DNA of 47,853 bases from Rhodocyclaceae bacterium (GCA_020446005.1 JAGRFO010000042.1:1-47853); one strand, 5' to 3'; counted from the stretch's first letter, positions 33,897 through 43,731 are shown. The notes: generated by a model from the sequence alone, not told the origin. Numbers and translations: made by a program.

Positions 33897-35062
33897 GGGT
33901 GCTCTACATCGCCCCGTCGATCCTGCCGTCGCGGGCCGCAAACGCCGTTCATGTCGTCATGCAATGTGATGCACTGTCCCGCGAGGCAGGATGCCAGGTG
34001 ACGCTGCTGGCCCAGCGCAGCATCCGGGACGCCGCAGCGCTGCCGCGAGCGCTCGAATCGGCCTTCGGCACCGACTTGGCAAGGGTCGAACTGCGCACTG
34101 TCCATGGACGGACGCCCCGGATGGCGAGCCTGAGGATCGCCGCGCTACTGCTGCCACTGATATCGCGTTTGCCGGACTTCGAGGTCGTGCTGTCGCGCAA
34201 TCTCTACGCTTCATGGCTGCTGGCGATCATTCTCAAGCGACCGCTGCTGTTCGAAACCCATCAGCTTGAAACCGGATTCCGGAAACGCATGCAGCGCGCC
34301 ATCATGCGCTCGGCCCGGGTGACGACCATCGTCATTTCACAGCGTTTGCAGGAAGCGCTTGAAGAACACCATGGCTGTCGCCCGCGGCGGGTCGAGGTGC
34401 TCCATGATGCGGCGCCATCCGGCATGGTTCGCCTGCCACCAGCCGAACGTGCCGACGGTCTGTCCCGCCTGCTTCCGACCCTCGGCATATCGCCGGCTCC
34501 GGTGTGTGGCTACTTCGGCCACCTGTATCCGGGTCGGGGCATCGAGATCATCATCGAGATGGCGCGCAAGGCGCCGGAGGCCGGATTCCTGGTGGTGGGC
34601 GGCAATCCGGACGACGTCGCGCGAATACGTGAGCTGTGTTCCGGCCTGGGCAATGTCTACATTGCCGGACATGTGCCGCACCAGGTCGCCCGGGCCGCCA
34701 TGTCCGCCTGCGACATCCTGCTGATGCCGTATCAGAAACAGGTGTCCATCGGCGTGGCCGGCCATGATACGGCGCGCTGGATGTCGCCCATGAAGATGTT
34801 CGAGTACATGGGGGCGGGCGTACCCATCATTTCCTCCTGTTTGCCGGTGCTGGAGGAGGTCCTCAGGCCGGAGAGCAATTGCCTCATGGTGCCGCCGGAC
34901 CAGGCCGACGCATGGCTCGTGGCGATGCGGCGGCTGATCGGCGATTCGCAGCTTGCCGATGCCATCGGCGCCCGGGCCCACCAGGACTATCTCGAGGCCC
35001 ATACGTGGTCGGCACGCGCTCGGCATATCCTCTCGATGGCCCACAAGGCTTCGCATGCCTGA
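33893..35062 (+). CDS. GT4-family glycosyltransferase
   Basis: GYFGHLYPGRG, WMSPMKMFEYMGAGVPII, HTWSARA. Confidence 0.9.
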   Translation: MRVLYIAPSILPSRAANAVHVVMQCDALSREAGCQVTLLAQRSIRDAAALPRALESAFGTDLARVELRTVHGRTPRMASLRIAALLLPLISRLPDFEVVLSRNLYASWLLAIILKRPLLFETHQLETGFRKRMQRAIMRSARVTTIVISQRLQEALEEHHGCRPRRVEVLHDAAPSGMVRLPPAERADGLSRLLPTLGISPAPVCGYFGHLYPGRGIEIIIEMARKAPEAGFLVVGGNPDDVARIRELCSGLGNVYIAGHVPHQVARAAMSACDILLMPYQKQVSIGVAGHDTARWMSPMKMFEYMGAGVPIISSCLPVLEEVLRPESNCLMVPPDQADAWLVAMRRLIGDSQLADAIGARAHQDYLEAHTWSARARHILSMAHKASHA

Positions 35063-36131
35063 GCGCCTGTTCATCCTGGTGCCGTCGCCGCATCCGACCG
35101 GCCCCATCAAGGGCGCGTTTGCCCTGGCCAACGCGCTGATTGACGAAGTCCCGGTCACGATCGTCTTCGTCAAGGCCGGGCCGGGCGCCGATGCACCGCT
35201 CGATGGACGGGTCGAACTCGTGTCGCTCGACCGTGACGCCGACATGGCACAGAAGCTCGAGCGCTATGCCCGTATGCTTCAGGATGCCGGTGGACGTGAG
35301 CGGGTGGCCTCCCTGTCCATGTGTTATTCCGCGGACTGGATCAACGCGCGCTGCCGTTCGCAGGCTGTAACCTGCAGCAGCGTGCGGGGAAACCTGTTTT
35401 CCAACTATCGCCTCGATTACGGTCTGCCTGGCCTGGGTCTGGCGCTCAAGCACCTGTGGATGCTTCGCCGCATGGACCATGTCGTCGCGATGACGGCGGC
35501 CATGCAGCAGGGGGTCCGCCGGATCACGCGCCGGGCAGTGACGGTGATCGGCAATTTCGTCGATGAACGTGCGCTCGAGCAGTACCGCGTGTCCGGCGGC
35601 GCGACCGGGCCGCTGCGTTTCGTCTTCGTGGGCAGCCTGACGCGGCGCAAACAGCCTGGCTTGCTGGTGGACGCGTTGCGGTCGATGGTCGTTCCCGAAG
35701 GGGCGCGCCTCGATATCCTCGGCGACGGGCCGTTGCGTACCCCGATCGAGCGCGTAGCGGAAGGCCTTGATCCGGGCATGGTGACCATTCACGGGCACCT
35801 GAGCGATCCTCTGCCGATCGTTGCGGCGGCAGACGCTTTCGTATTGCCTTCTATGTCCGAAGGGGTGTCACGCGCGGCGCTCGAGGCGCTCTGCCTCGGG
35901 GTGCCGTGCGTGCTCCGGCAGGTCGACGGCAATGCCGAACTCCTGCACGGTGACGGGCGTGGCGTGCTGTTCCGTTCGAACGATTCGCTCGGCGCCGCGA
36001 TGATCGATGCAGCCAGAATGGGCCGGGCGCACGCCCAAGCCGGCAAGGCGGCGCTTCTGCCCGATGAATTCCGCCAGGCTGCCGCGGCGCGTCAATACCT
36101 CGATCTCCTGAAGATACGGACAATGCAATGA
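35055..36131 (+). CDS. GT4-family glycosyltransferase
   Basis: FVGSLTRRK, ADAFVLPSMSEGVSRAALEA (E-X7-E). Confidence 0.88.
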   Translation: MPERLFILVPSPHPTGPIKGAFALANALIDEVPVTIVFVKAGPGADAPLDGRVELVSLDRDADMAQKLERYARMLQDAGGRERVASLSMCYSADWINARCRSQAVTCSSVRGNLFSNYRLDYGLPGLGLALKHLWMLRRMDHVVAMTAAMQQGVRRITRRAVTVIGNFVDERALEQYRVSGGATGPLRFVFVGSLTRRKQPGLLVDALRSMVVPEGARLDILGDGPLRTPIERVAEGLDPGMVTIHGHLSDPLPIVAAADAFVLPSMSEGVSRAALEALCLGVPCVLRQVDGNAELLHGDGRGVLFRSNDSLGAAMIDAARMGRAHAQAGKAALLPDEFRQAAAARQYLDLLKIRTMQ

Positions 36132-36691
36132 ACGCGTCAGAAGACTATTCGCGATATCTGCAGGGACGCAGCCGTCTCGGGCTGGCGTATCGCAACCATT
36201 GGTTGTATCCGCGCCTCAATCGCTGGCTTCGTGGTCGTGTGCTGGATGTGGGTTGCGGCATCGGGGACATGCTGCGTTTCCTGCCATCCTCGATTGGCGT
36301 TGACGTCAATGCCGTCAATGTTTCCCTCTGCCGTGATGCGGGGTTGGCGGCTGAAGTGATGGCGCCCGATGTCCTGCCCTTCGATAACGCCAATTTCGAT
36401 TCGGTGATTCTCGACAACGTGCTGGAACACATCGAGGAGCCCGGGCCCCTGCTGGCCGAGATTCGGCGGGTGCTGGTCGACGGCGGCGTGTTCGTCGTCG
36501 GCGTTCCCGGTGAACGAGGCTATGCCGCCGACCCCGACCACAAGCAATTCTATGACCGGGCGCGGCTGGAAAAGACCATCGTCGAGGCCGGCTTCGTGCT
36601 CGATCGGCTTCGCGGCATGCCGCTCGACTGCGATGCCCTGTCGCCACGGATGACCCAGTTCTGCATCTACGGAGCCTTCCGCCGTGCCTGA
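36128..36691 (+). CDS. Class I SAM-dependent methyltransferase
   Basis: VLDVGCGIG, LPFDNANFD, NVLEHI, DPDH. Confidence 0.88.
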   Translation: MNASEDYSRYLQGRSRLGLAYRNHWLYPRLNRWLRGRVLDVGCGIGDMLRFLPSSIGVDVNAVNVSLCRDAGLAAEVMAPDVLPFDNANFDSVILDNVLEHIEEPGPLLAEIRRVLVDGGVFVVGVPGERGYAADPDHKQFYDRARLEKTIVEAGFVLDRLRGMPLDCDALSPRMTQFCIYGAFRRA

Positions 36692-37445
36692 TGGCGCCTG
36701 GATTTCGGTCTCCGTCGTGAGTCACGGGCAGGGCGCGTTGGTCGAGCCCTTGCTCCATCAGTTGGCAGCATGCCCGGACGTCGGCCAAGTGCTCCTGACG
36801 CGCAATATTCCCGAGGGCGAGATTCGCGTTCCCGAGTCTTTGGTGTCGCGTGTGAGCTGGATCGACAATGCCGAACCCAAAGGCTTCGGCGCGAATCACA
36901 ATGCCGCTGTCGCCCTGGCCACAGGGCGCTTCCTGTGTGTCCTGAATCCTGATATCCGCCTCTCCGAGGACCCTTTTGCTCCCCTGGTCAGGGCACTCGA
37001 GGAATCGGCGGGGCGCGTGGCGCTCATTGCGCCAGGCGTGACCGATCCGGCCGGTCATCTCGAGGACAGCGTGCGCCGCTTCCCGACCGTCTGGGGCCTG
37101 TTCAAGAAACTGATACGCGTCTCCGACGGGCGGATTCCCCTGGATCCGACCGCGGCCATGACCGAGGTCGATTGGGTCGCCGGCATGTTCCTGCTGATAC
37201 GCACCGGTGAATTCCTGCAGGTCGGCGGCTTCGACGACGCCTTCTTCCTCTACTACGAGGATGTCGATCTTTGCGAGCGCCTTCATGCACGGGGACGGGG
37301 GGTGGCGGTTTGCCCGTCCGTTCTCGTCGTCCATGATGCAAGAAGGCAAAGCCACAGGAATGCGCGATATCTGAAATGGCACCTGGGAAGCATGCTGCGC
37401 TACTTTCTCAAGCACCCTAGGCGCATCTTTTCGGTGAACACGTGA
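36684..37445 (+). CDS. GT2-family glycosyltransferase (WbbL/rhamnosyltransferase-like)
   Basis: SVVSHGQ, GFGANHN, LNPD, DWVAGMF, GGFDDAFFLYYEDVDLC. Confidence 0.88.
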   Translation: MPDGAWISVSVVSHGQGALVEPLLHQLAACPDVGQVLLTRNIPEGEIRVPESLVSRVSWIDNAEPKGFGANHNAAVALATGRFLCVLNPDIRLSEDPFAPLVRALEESAGRVALIAPGVTDPAGHLEDSVRRFPTVWGLFKKLIRVSDGRIPLDPTAAMTEVDWVAGMFLLIRTGEFLQVGGFDDAFFLYYEDVDLCERLHARGRGVAVCPSVLVVHDARRQSHRNARYLKWHLGSMLRYFLKHPRRIFSVNT

Positions 37446-38392
37446 AGATTCTGGTGACGGGCGCACATGGATTCGTCGGCCAGGCCTTGTGCCGGCACAT
37501 TCGGGCATCGGGGCACGAACTGGTCGCGGTCGTTCGGCAGGTCGCGACCGAATGCGATGAAATCGCCCTGGGAACCCTGGATGCGCAGACCGACTGGCGC
37601 AATGCCCTTTCTGGCGTCGATGTCGTCGTTCACCTCGCTGGGCGGGCTCATGCCGCCGACGCGTCGGGCGATGATGTGGACGCCATCTATCACGCCGCCA
37701 ATGTCGAGGTGACCCGCAACCTGGCCGAGCAGGCGCGGGAGGCGGGCGTCCAGCGTTTCGTTTTCGTCAGCACGATCAAGGTCAATGGGGAGTCGACCCT
37801 GCCGGGTCGCCCCTTCTTGGCGGACGACACGCCCGCGCCCGAGGATGCCTATGGTCGTTCGAAGCTGGAGGCGGAACGTTGCGTCGCCGGTCTTTGCGCG
37901 GGATCGCCGATGACCTATACGGTGATTCGCCCGCCACTGGTCTACGGGCCGGGCGTCAAGGCCAACTTCCGCAGCATGATGAAGTGGCTCTGTCGGGGGC
38001 TTCCGCTTCCGCTCGGAGCGATCGACAACCAGCGAAGCCTGGTCGGGCTGGAGAACCTCGTCGATCTGATCATGACCGCCATGCGACACCCCATGGCGGC
38101 CAATCAGGTGTTTCTGGCGGGAGATGGCGAAGATCTCTCCACGCCAGCGTTGCTGACCTGCCTGGGCAGCGCCCTGGGTTACAAGGCGAGGTTGCTGCCG
38201 GTGCCTGCCGCGTGGCTGCGCGGATTGGCCGGCTGTCTGGGCAAGGCGTCGGTGGCGCGGCGCCTGTGTGCCAGCCTGCAGGTGGATATCGACAAGACGT
38301 GCAGCCGTCTGGATTGGATGCCACCCATAACAACCGAACAGGGGCTGCGGCAGACCGCAGCTGCCTTCCTTGAGGAGCGTACGCGTGACTGA
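37442..38392 (+). CDS. NAD-dependent epimerase/4-reductase, WbpK/WbpV-like
   Basis: VTGAHGFVG, HLAGRAH, STIKVNGE, YGRSK, RPPLVYGPGVKANF. Confidence 0.85.
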   Translation: MKILVTGAHGFVGQALCRHIRASGHELVAVVRQVATECDEIALGTLDAQTDWRNALSGVDVVVHLAGRAHAADASGDDVDAIYHAANVEVTRNLAEQAREAGVQRFVFVSTIKVNGESTLPGRPFLADDTPAPEDAYGRSKLEAERCVAGLCAGSPMTYTVIRPPLVYGPGVKANFRSMMKWLCRGLPLPLGAIDNQRSLVGLENLVDLIMTAMRHPMAANQVFLAGDGEDLSTPALLTCLGSALGYKARLLPVPAAWLRGLAGCLGKASVARRLCASLQVDIDKTCSRLDWMPPITTEQGLRQTAAAFLEERTRD

Positions 38393-39413
38393 CCCGCTCG
38401 TTCTTCCGGCATTGCTGCTGGTGAGCGTGTTTGCCCTGAGCTGGTGGCTCACCGGGCGGCTGCGCCGGTACGCGCTCGCGCGGCAGTTGATCGACACCCC
38501 GAATGCCCGGAGCTCTCATGTCGTCCCCACTCCCCGTGGGGGCGGGGTCGCGATCGTCACGACCTTCATGCTTGCCTTGGCGTTGCTGCTATGGCTCCAT
38601 CTGATCGACGTGGCCCTCGTGGTGGCCATTGCGGGCGGCGGTGGTCTGGTGGCGCTCATCGGTTTCATGGACGATCACGGGCATATCGCAGCGCGCTGGC
38701 GCTTGTTGGCCCATTTTGTTGCCGCGCTGTGGGTGCTGTTTACCGGCGTAGCAGCCATGTCGAATGTGGCGGGTTTTGCGGGTCTTGGCTTGGCCGTGTC
38801 GGCGGTGTACCTAGTGTGGATGCTCAATCTCTACAACTTCATGGACGGGATCGACGGAATCGCCAGCGTCGAGGCGATCACGGTCTGCGCGGGCGCGGCG
38901 CTGATCTACTGGCTGCGGGGGGACGCCCCGGCGGGGCTGATGCCGCCCCTGGCGCTGGCCGCCGCGGTGACGGGTTTTCTGGTGTGGAATTTTCCGCCGG
39001 CGAAGATTTTCATGGGGGATGCGGGCAGCGGTTTTCTCGGGATCGTGCTGGGCGTCCTGTCGCTGCAGGCCGGGGCGGTGGCGCCGGCGCTGTTCTGGAG
39101 CTGGGTGATTTTGCTCGGTGTGTTCATTGTCGATGCCACCTACACGCTGTTGCGACGCCTGCTGCGTGGCGAGCGGGTCTATGAGGCGCATCGCAGCCAC
39201 GCTTACCAGCACGCCTCGCGGCGCTTTGCCAGCCATCGGACGGTGACGCTGGGGGTGGCGGCCATCAATGTGCTGTGGTTGCTGCCATGGGCGGTCGCGG
39301 TCGGGCTGGGCTGGGTGGGTGCCGGTACGGGGCTGGTCCTTGCCTGTCTGCCCTTGACGCTTGCCTGCCGGTTCTTTGATGCCGGTGCGGCGGAGCGCGT
39401 TCGACCGCAATGA
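38385..39413 (+). CDS. Undecaprenyl-phosphate HexNAc-1-P transferase (WbpL/WecA, MraY family)
   Basis: RSSHVVPTPRGGG, GFMDD, NLYNFMDGIDG, FMGDAGS, AHRSHAYQ. Confidence 0.92.
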   Translation: MTDPLVLPALLLVSVFALSWWLTGRLRRYALARQLIDTPNARSSHVVPTPRGGGVAIVTTFMLALALLLWLHLIDVALVVAIAGGGGLVALIGFMDDHGHIAARWRLLAHFVAALWVLFTGVAAMSNVAGFAGLGLAVSAVYLVWMLNLYNFMDGIDGIASVEAITVCAGAALIYWLRGDAPAGLMPPLALAAAVTGFLVWNFPPAKIFMGDAGSGFLGIVLGVLSLQAGAVAPALFWSWVILLGVFIVDATYTLLRRLLRGERVYEAHRSHAYQHASRRFASHRTVTLGVAAINVLWLLPWAVAVGLGWVGAGTGLVLACLPLTLACRFFDAGAAERVRPQ

Positions 39414-39446
39414 GCGGGTGCCGGCCAGACGGTCGCGCTATGCATC

Positions 39447-39452
39447 TATAAT
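39447..39452 (+). promoter_or_regulatory. Consensus -10 hexamer, possible internal promoter for the wbpM-like gene
   Basis: Perfect TATAAT in the 78-bp gap before 39492. No clear -35. Confidence 0.4.
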
Positions 39453-39491
39453 CGCGGGAAGGAAACCCGTCTCGCGCTTGCCTCCCGATCC

Positions 39492-41378
39492 ATGCTGACC
39501 ATGCCGCTACGCACCGCTCTTATAGTCCTGTTCGATCTGGTGACGGCTGCCGTCGCCTGGATCGCGGGACTGATGCTCCGCTTCAATTTTGATGTGCCGC
39601 CCGAATACGGCGCCAAGATTCTGGTGAGTCTGGTGATTCTGCTGGTGGTGCACGCGCTGGCGTGTCGCTGGGCGGGCCTGTATCGCGGGATGTGGGTTTT
39701 CGCCAGCCTGCCCGATCTGAAGCGGGTGTTAAAGGCGGTGGGCGTGTCGTCGATGGCTTTGCTTGCACTGCTGGCGATCGATCGGCAGGCACCAGCCATC
39801 CCGCGCTCGATGGTGGTGCTCTATCCCTTGCTGCTGATGGTCATCATGGGCGGTGGGCGGGCGGCCTGGCGAATGTGGAAGGAGCATCGTTTGTACGGCG
39901 GCCTGCGCGCGGCGGGCAAGCCGGTGGTGGTGGTCGGCGCGGGCACGGGTGGGGCGATGCTGGTGCGGGAACTGGAACGCAGCCCCGACTGGCGGGTGGT
40001 GGCTCTGGTCGATGACGCGCCGTCCAAACGTGGGCTGGATCTGTACGGCTGCCCGGTGGCGGGGTCGGTTGACGAGCTGGAGCGGGTGTTGCGCGATTTC
40101 AAGGCGCAGCATGTGATCCTGGCGATGCCGTCAGCGGCGGGGCCTGCCTTGCGGCGGGCAGCGGACCTGGCGGTGCGGGCTGGCGCGCACACCTTTACCG
40201 TGCCGGGTCTGGAAGACCTGATGAGCGGTAAGGTGGCGATCAACGCGATGCGGCCGGTGGAGATCGAGGATCTGCTTGGGCGCGAACCGGTGTCGATCGA
40301 CACCGAGCATGTGCAGGCGATGATCGGTGGCAAGACGGTGCTGGTGACCGGCGCGGGCGGTTCGATCGGTAGCGAGCTGTGCCGGCAACTGGCGCGCTTC
40401 GCGCCGGCCCGGCTGGTGCTGTTCGAGGCCAGCGAATTCGTGCTCTACAACATCGAACAATGGTTCGTCGGCCAGCAGCCTGGGGTCGAGGTTGTGCCGC
40501 TGGCGGGCGACGTGAAGGATGCGCAGCGGCTCGAAGAGGTGTTTGTGCGCTGGCGGCCCGAGCTGGTTTTTCATGCCGCAGCCTACAAGCATGTGCCGCT
40601 GATGGAGGTGGGCAATGCCTGGCAGGCGGTGCGCAACAATGTGCTGGGCACCTTGCAGCTTGCGCGTTGCGCACAACGTCATGGCGCGGAGCGATTCGTG
40701 CTGGTGTCGACCGACAAGGCGGTCAACCCCACCAATGTGATGGGTGCCACCAAGCGGCTGGCCGAGATGGTGTGCGAGGCGCTGCACTCGCAGGGCGGCG
40801 ACACGCAGTTCGGGATGGTGCGTTTCGGCAATGTGCTGGGCAGCACCGGCAGCGTGATCCCCAAGTTTGCCGAGCAGATTGCGCGTGGCGGGCCGGTGAC
40901 GGTGACCCATCCGGAGATCAACCGCTTCTTCATGTCGATCCCCGAGGCGGCGCAACTGGTGTTGCAGGCGGCGAGCATGGGGCGCGGCGGCGAGGTGTTC
41001 GTGATGGACATGGGTGAGCCGGTGAAGATTGTCGATCTGGCGCGCAACATGATCCGCCTTTCCGGTTATGCGGAAGACGACATCCGCATCGAGTTCACCG
41101 GCCTGCGGCCAGGCGAAAAACTGTACGAAGAGTTGCTCGCCGATGCCGAGCAGACACGCGAGACGCCGCATCCCAAACTGCGGATTGCGCGCTCGCGTAC
41201 CGTGGCGCCGGACTTCCTCGATGCCTTGGTGACGTGGCTTGATGCGCCCCGGCCGCTGGCCGACGAGGCGGTGCGCCAAGGCTTGCGGCGCTGGGTGCCT
41301 GAGTATGCGCCCAGCGGTGAGCGTCCCGCATTGACCGTGGTCGGCGGGACGTCGGACGTGGCCGCCCACGGAGGCTGA
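39492..41378 (+). CDS. Membrane-anchored UDP-GlcNAc 4,6-dehydratase (WbpM/CapD/PglF family)
   Basis: Four N-terminal TMs; IEDLLGR, VTGAGGSIGSEL, FHAAAYKHVP, STDKAV, MGATK, RFGNVLGS, GLRPGEKLYEEL. Confidence 0.93.
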   Translation: MLTMPLRTALIVLFDLVTAAVAWIAGLMLRFNFDVPPEYGAKILVSLVILLVVHALACRWAGLYRGMWVFASLPDLKRVLKAVGVSSMALLALLAIDRQAPAIPRSMVVLYPLLLMVIMGGGRAAWRMWKEHRLYGGLRAAGKPVVVVGAGTGGAMLVRELERSPDWRVVALVDDAPSKRGLDLYGCPVAGSVDELERVLRDFKAQHVILAMPSAAGPALRRAADLAVRAGAHTFTVPGLEDLMSGKVAINAMRPVEIEDLLGREPVSIDTEHVQAMIGGKTVLVTGAGGSIGSELCRQLARFAPARLVLFEASEFVLYNIEQWFVGQQPGVEVVPLAGDVKDAQRLEEVFVRWRPELVFHAAAYKHVPLMEVGNAWQAVRNNVLGTLQLARCAQRHGAERFVLVSTDKAVNPTNVMGATKRLAEMVCEALHSQGGDTQFGMVRFGNVLGSTGSVIPKFAEQIARGGPVTVTHPEINRFFMSIPEAAQLVLQAASMGRGGEVFVMDMGEPVKIVDLARNMIRLSGYAEDDIRIEFTGLRPGEKLYEELLADAEQTRETPHPKLRIARSRTVAPDFLDALVTWLDAPRPLADEAVRQGLRRWVPEYAPSGERPALTVVGGTSDVAAHGG

Positions 41379-41386
41379 ACGGGCAG

Positions 41387-42202
41387 ATGGCGCGTTATGT
41401 GATTGGGGACGTTCAGGGCTGTTTCGCGTCTCTCCAGGCGCTGCTGAGCGAGGTCGGTTTCGATCCCCTGAGCGACCGGCTGTGGCTGGTTGGCGATCTG
41501 GTCAATCGGGGGCCGCAGTCGCTGGAGGTTTTGCGTTTCGTCCGCAGCCTGGGCGATGCGGCGACGGTGGTGCTGGGCAATCACGATTTGTATCTGTTGA
41601 TGGTGGCGGCCGGTTGGCGCAAGCGGGGCAAGGACGACACCTTGCAGGCGGTGATCGATGCGCCAGACGCGGCGGCGCTGCTCGGCTGGGTCGCTTCGCG
41701 GCCGCTGATGCATGTCGAGGACGGATTCGCGATGGTTCACGCCGGCCTGTTGCCGCAGTGGTCGGTGGCTCGGGCGCGAGCGCTGGCCGGAGAGGTGGAG
41801 GCGGTGCTGCGCGGTCCGGGGCGGGATGCGTTTCTGGCCGAGCTGGCGGGCAATACGCCTGCACGGTGGGACGACGCGCTGGGCGGCTATGACCGACTGC
41901 GCTGCATCGTCAATGCGATGACCCGGATGCGATTCTGCACGGCCGGGGGGGCGATCGAGTTTAGATACAAGGGGCCACCCACGGGCGCGCCGCCTGGCTG
42001 CGTGCCGTGGTTCGAGGCGCCGAATCGATATTCCAGCGATACGACGCTGCTGGTCGGTCACTGGTCGGCGCTGGGGGTGTGCATCCGGCCTGGACTGGTC
42101 GCGCTCGACAGTGGTTGCGTGTGGGGCGGCGCGTTGACGGCCTATCGGCTGGAAGATGGTGCGGTGTTCCAGACGCCCTCGAGGGAGGCCAGGCCGGGCT
42201 GA
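41387..42202 (+). CDS. apaH: Symmetrical bis(5'-nucleosyl)-tetraphosphatase
   Basis: IGDVQGC, GDLVNRGPQS, LGNHD, VHAG, TRMRFC, GHWSALG, LDSGCVWGG. Confidence 0.94.
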   Translation: MARYVIGDVQGCFASLQALLSEVGFDPLSDRLWLVGDLVNRGPQSLEVLRFVRSLGDAATVVLGNHDLYLLMVAAGWRKRGKDDTLQAVIDAPDAAALLGWVASRPLMHVEDGFAMVHAGLLPQWSVARARALAGEVEAVLRGPGRDAFLAELAGNTPARWDDALGGYDRLRCIVNAMTRMRFCTAGGAIEFRYKGPPTGAPPGCVPWFEAPNRYSSDTTLLVGHWSALGVCIRPGLVALDSGCVWGGALTAYRLEDGAVFQTPSREARPG

Positions 42203-42205
42203 GCT

Positions 42206-42979
42206 TCAGGCCGCCTGGGCGCTGAGCGGTGATGGCGCGACGTGAGCGACGATCGCCTCGCGCGCGCTGCTGGCGATTTCCCGGCGATGCGCGTCGGTGG
42301 TCGGGATGTCCGGCGCGATGCGTACCTGCGCGGTGATGCGTGGGGTGGCGATGATGCTGGCCAGACAGTCGGCCAAGGTCACGTCGCCATCGTAGGCGGC
42401 GGCGCGGGTGTGTTCGCCGGCCGGGGTGAGGTAGCGCAGCGCCAGCGGCTGGATGGGGTGGCCGGTGGCGATCGCCGGTTGCAGCAGGGCGGCGTGAAAG
42501 TGCAGCACCTGGGTGCCATCGGTGGTGGTGCCTTCGGGGAATACCGCGACGTGGCGTCCGGCGCGCATCCGCGCGGCAATCTCCTCGTTGATGATGCGCG
42601 CGTGGCCGCGGCTGCCGCGGCGCAGGAAGACGGTTTCGTTGCTCGCCGCCAGCCAGCCGACCAGCGGCCACTGGCGCACGTCGGCTTTGGAGACGAAGGC
42701 GACCGGGGTGATCGCGTTGACCACGAAGATGTCGACCCAGGAGATGTGGTTCGCCACCAGCAGCCCGCAGGGCAGCAGCGGCGCGCCGTCCACCTGCAAC
42801 TCGATGCCCAGCCCGCCCAGCAGCGCGCGCGACCAGCGCTGGCGGAGCCGGCCGCGCCGGGTGGTGGAGACGCACGGAAAAACCAGTGCCGAAACGACAA
42901 CGCCCAGCAGCAGGTGCAGGGCGAGTCGGGTGTAGCGCCACAGGCGGCGCGGCAGGGGGGTGACGGGCGAGATGCTCAG
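42206..42979 (-). CDS. olsA: Lysophospholipid acyltransferase, probable lyso-ornithine lipid O-acyltransferase
   Basis: NHISWVD, FVSKAD, VFPEGTT PlsC motifs; directly downstream of the olsB-like gene. Start uncertain, probably CTG at 42979. Confidence 0.75.
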   Translation of the reverse strand: MSISPVTPLPRRLWRYTRLALHLLLGVVVSALVFPCVSTTRRGRLRQRWSRALLGGLGIELQVDGAPLLPCGLLVANHISWVDIFVVNAITPVAFVSKADVRQWPLVGWLAASNETVFLRRGSRGHARIINEEIAARMRAGRHVAVFPEGTTTDGTQVLHFHAALLQPAIATGHPIQPLALRYLTPAGEHTRAAAYDGDVTLADCLASIIATPRITAQVRIAPDIPTTDAHRREIASSAREAIVAHVAPSPLSAQAA

Positions 42980-43731
42980 TCCTTGCTGTCCAGAAAATGT
43001 TTGGCGTACTTGCTGCTGACGCGGGTCATCGGCATCAGGATCGGCAGGTCGGCGGTGTTGAAGTCCGGGTCCCACGCCGGCTCGCCGCAGATCCACGCGC
43101 CGGCGCGCAGATAGCCCTTGATGAGCGGCGGCGCTTCGGCAGGCAGGCTGTCGTTGAGTCGTTTGAGCGGCAGCGCGGTGCGCGGGAATACGTGGTATTC
43201 GAGCGGCGCCGAGTGTTCTGCCTTGAGGCGATTATACAAACTGGCGGCGATGTGGCCACCGTCGGCCATGCTGATCGATGCGCAGCCGATGAAGTAGTCG
43301 TAGCCGTTTTCCTGCATGTAGCGCGCGAGGCCCGACCACAGCAGGGTGATGACCGCGCCGGAGCGATAGTCGGCGTCGATGCACGAGCGGCCGATCTCCA
43401 CCAGTCGGCTGCGCAGGTGCTGCAGACGGGTGAGGTCGAATTCGTTTTCGGAGTAGTAACCGCCGACCCGGCGCGCGGCCTGCGGCGAGAGGATGCGGTA
43501 GGTGCCGACGATCTTGCCCATGTTTTCGTCGCGCACGATGAGGTGCTCGCAGAACGGATCGTAGATGTCGCGATCGACGCCTGGCGTGCGGGTGTTGAGG
43601 CGGGCGCCCATCTCCTCGGCGAAGACGCGGTAGCGCAGCTTTTGGGCCTCGAGAATTTCGGTCTCGCAGCTGGCCAGACCAACGTGCAGGTTGCGTCGGC
43701 GGGGGGCGGGGTTGAGTCGTTTTTCGAGCAT
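42976..43731 (-). CDS. olsB: GNAT-family ornithine N-acyltransferase
   Basis: AQKLRYRVFAEEMGA, DIYDPFCEHL, VGTYR, YSENEF, EIGRSC, GCAS, PPLIKGYLRAGA, DPDFNTAD. Confidence 0.85.
   Translation of the reverse strand: MLEKRLNPAPRRRNLHVGLASCETEILEAQKLRYRVFAEEMGARLNTRTPGVDRDIYDPFCEHLIVRDENMGKIVGTYRILSPQAARRVGGYYSENEFDLTRLQHLRSRLVEIGRSCIDADYRSGAVITLLWSGLARYMQENGYDYFIGCASISMADGGHIAASLYNRLKAEHSAPLEYHVFPRTALPLKRLNDSLPAEAPPLIKGYLRAGAWICGEPAWDPDFNTADLPILMPMTRVSSKYAKHFLDSKD

Noticed and set aside
17882-41378. Glycan locus as a mobile element or genomic island with its own mobility genes
   Set aside because: No integrase, transposase, tRNA target or flanking direct repeats seen. Exchange by homologous recombination between conserved flanks is the simpler explanation.
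42189-42218. Weak hairpin at the apaH/olsA convergence
   Set aside because: Imperfect stem overlapping both coding ends, no U-tract; expected by chance at this GC content.
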